This document shows positions 61,511 through 64,000 of a stretch of 64,000 nt of DNA, piece after piece; position 1 is the first letter of the stretch; each line of letters begins with the position of its first letter. Source of the DNA: Camelus ferus (taxonomy: Eukaryota); assembly GCF_009834535.1 (NCBI RefSeq), contig NC_045697.1, positions 23,562,001 to 23,626,000 on the forward strand, written 5' to 3'. The notes below the pieces were generated by a model, which saw nothing but the letters and a program-made list of their open reading frames with translations, made no database searches and had not been told where the DNA came from. The position numbers were made by a program, and so were the translations under genes.

Positions 61511-61724
61511 TTTCCTTAAAACTGTCCTGGCTGAAATTATCAGGATGGGTACTGCAATGTTGTGTCCATCAACACATCACTTCCTATGTAGAATAAAGTA
61601 ATTAATTACTTACATTGTTAACAGTGCTTTCTGTACCGTGGTGTAAAGAAACTGGACTGAGCAACAAAACAACGTTATGACTTAGAAGAATAAGAGAACA
61701 TCTCAAAATATTTTGTTTTAGTTC

Positions 61725-61908
61725 CTTTTTTAACTTTTTAAATTCCTATTTCTTATTGAAGTGTAGTCAATTTATAATGTTAGTTTCATGCATACAGCAA
61801 AGTGATTCAGTTATACATATACATACATATATTTTTTCATATTCCTTTCCACTACAGATCATTATATGAAATTGAATATAGTTCCCTGTGCTATACAGTA
61901 GGTCCTTC
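61725..61908 (-). mobile_element. very short LINE-1 3' end with 12-bp TSD
   Basis: ttattgaagtgtagtcaattta...gttccctgtgctatacagtaggtcc; ttgttttagttc at 61713-61724 and 61909-61920. Confidence 0.9.
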
Positions 61909-64000
61909 TTGTTTTAGTTCTCAAATTTAATATACTAAACCCTCAAAATTAATTATTGCCAAAGGCTACAATTACATTGTTTCTTAAAGTTCTCAGGTAA
62001 TAATTACTGACAAAATGATATTGAATCTCTAGCCTTTACAATCATTCTATTTTTATCTGTGTGCTTCATATCACTTAGTTTATGGACCAGGGAAAGTATG
62101 ACCCTGTTAGGTATTGATGCTTTAAGGCAACAATTTTGTGTTACTGTTATTTAGCAAATACTTTGGATTCTCAAAGTAAGGCTTAGTGACTTAAATACAT
62201 GAATAAAAAATAAAACTTCCAGGCCAATAAAAATATAAAAGAATAAATGTTCTTTAAGCTTTGATGGAAAAGCTTTATATGATGGCGAGAACTCTGAGAT
62301 AGAATCTCTATGTCTTGGCATCACCGTTCATGTCTTCAAGTATCAAGTGTTATAATTGACCATAATGAACCAAACCATTTCTGCTTGTTTATGAGGGGGA
62401 CTTGACAATTTTCACCAAACTTAAGAAAATATCTTTACATTGAAAAGAGACAATTATCTCTACATAATAGACCAAGGGATATTGTTGCTGAAACAAAAAG
62501 GAATCCTAAAGACACAGTTTTTCCTGAAAGTATACTTAATTTAAAATATTGATGTTACATCTTTAAATAATGAATGCCAATACCTCCTACTGGATTTACT
62601 ATTATTTACAAGTATATCTTTGAAAAATTTAGCAAATGTATTGTAAAACATCAGAGAATACTATTAATGTTGATTCATGTATGTAAAACAATATTTGAAA
62701 ATTATTATCTTTTGGTGTATCTTTTTCTCCCACAAAATCAGCCTTCCTTTGAAAATTATGAAAAGTAATACCACAGAAATATTTGGGATCATATATTTGT
62801 TTTTATACCCAAGGAAGATGTTTTATTTTTTCTACAAATATCAAAATTTGAAATTAAAGAAAAGGAAAGGGGTCAGAATTATACAAATTTCAATTAGAAT
62901 TTAGATAGAAACATTCTGTAGTATAATATAATGTATTTGAAGGTCAATTGATGTATGTTATTACTGAAAGTTATAGCAGTCAAGAAATTTTTTAAAATAT
63001 ATGATTAGTAACATGTTTTACTGTCAATTCAAAAACAATCTCAACAATGATCTCTAATTAATTGCCAGGTAGGGCTTTACAAGCAATATTAGTACACGAT
63101 GTTCTTAAGAGCAAGCAAGGAAATAGAGCACCAGTTTTCATAAAGCTGTATCTTGTATCTTCCCTTGATTAAGTCTGCCACACATAAAATGAAAGTGATT
63201 CTTCAAGGTCAAGGTTATAACTTACTGCTCTAAATACATGGATCCTGACCATTCCTTGAGATCTTAGTCTTCCTAGAGTTAAAGGTGTGCTGCACAGTCA
63301 TCATCTGATCTTCCATTAACAGCACTTTCCTAACCCATACTCTAAACAACAGCTGAAAACAGAATTTTGAACTTATGACTCTTTCATTTTCATTTTTATT
63401 GAAGATCAATGTTGTCACTGTTTGCTTAGGACCTAAATCTCCCTCACCATAGAGTATTTAATGAGGTGTGAGAATCTTTATCAGATTTCTAATCTTATTT
63501 TGGAAAAAAGCATTTGATTTTAAGGGTCATAGACTACTTGTAGGGAGTAAAATTATGTTGATCACAAGACTGTTAAGGTATCATTAAAAGGTGATTTGTG
63601 TGGTGGATTAAGGATATTATATCTAGAGCATGTGTATTACATCAGTATCACCATCTACAGGAGAAATGTAGGTGGATAATGTCTGTATGTGAGTATTTTC
63701 TAAAGCAACAGTTTATTAACTAGGACTATGGAGATTCCTAAGCCAACAGAAGAATCAGTCAAAGTAACTAAAATTTGTTACCTGTGGGAGGAAGGAATTA
63801 GGATAGAAATGGATCGGTACAAAGAAGTGTTTGTTGGTTTTTTCCTTGTTTTGAATTTTGGTTAGAACATGGAGCACTATTTCACATTATATAACGTGGA
63901 GACATATTACTTAGATACAAATAAATATCACCCTAGATCTGCCTAGCATACAGTCTCTTGGTAAATACTAGGCAGTCAATGAATGTTGGCTCCTTCCAGT

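Overview
AT-rich mammalian genomic DNA with no recognisable host protein-coding exon, rRNA, true tRNA gene or CRISPR array; it reads as intergenic or deep-intronic. A tRNA-derived SINE resembling camelid Vic-1 suggests a camelid source (inference from recalled consensus; no search was run). The dominant feature is a ~5.7 kb LINE-1 on the + strand (~32850-38600). It has a GC/CpG-rich 5'UTR, a frameshifted ORF1 and a decayed ORF2, which jumps from the RT YADD motif directly into the C-terminal Cys-rich region (estimated ~1.3 kb internal deletion). Around it are several short L1 3' ends, one a twin-primed 5' inversion with a possible 10-nt 3' transduction. There are also ERV1/ERVL/MaLR LTRs (two nested MaLR-in-MaLR), DNA-transposon MITEs (MER53 x2, Tigger5/MER47, MER3, MER5), ancient MIR/L2/L3 remnants and microsatellites. 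I did not find a convincing new multi-gene system. The best leads are the internally deleted L1, a compensatory substitution in a MER53 hairpin, a GAS motif in a MER41-like LTR, an unexplained double palindrome and a few CpG-retaining unique segments that may be enhancers. Repeat family names and boundaries come from pattern recognition and are approximate.
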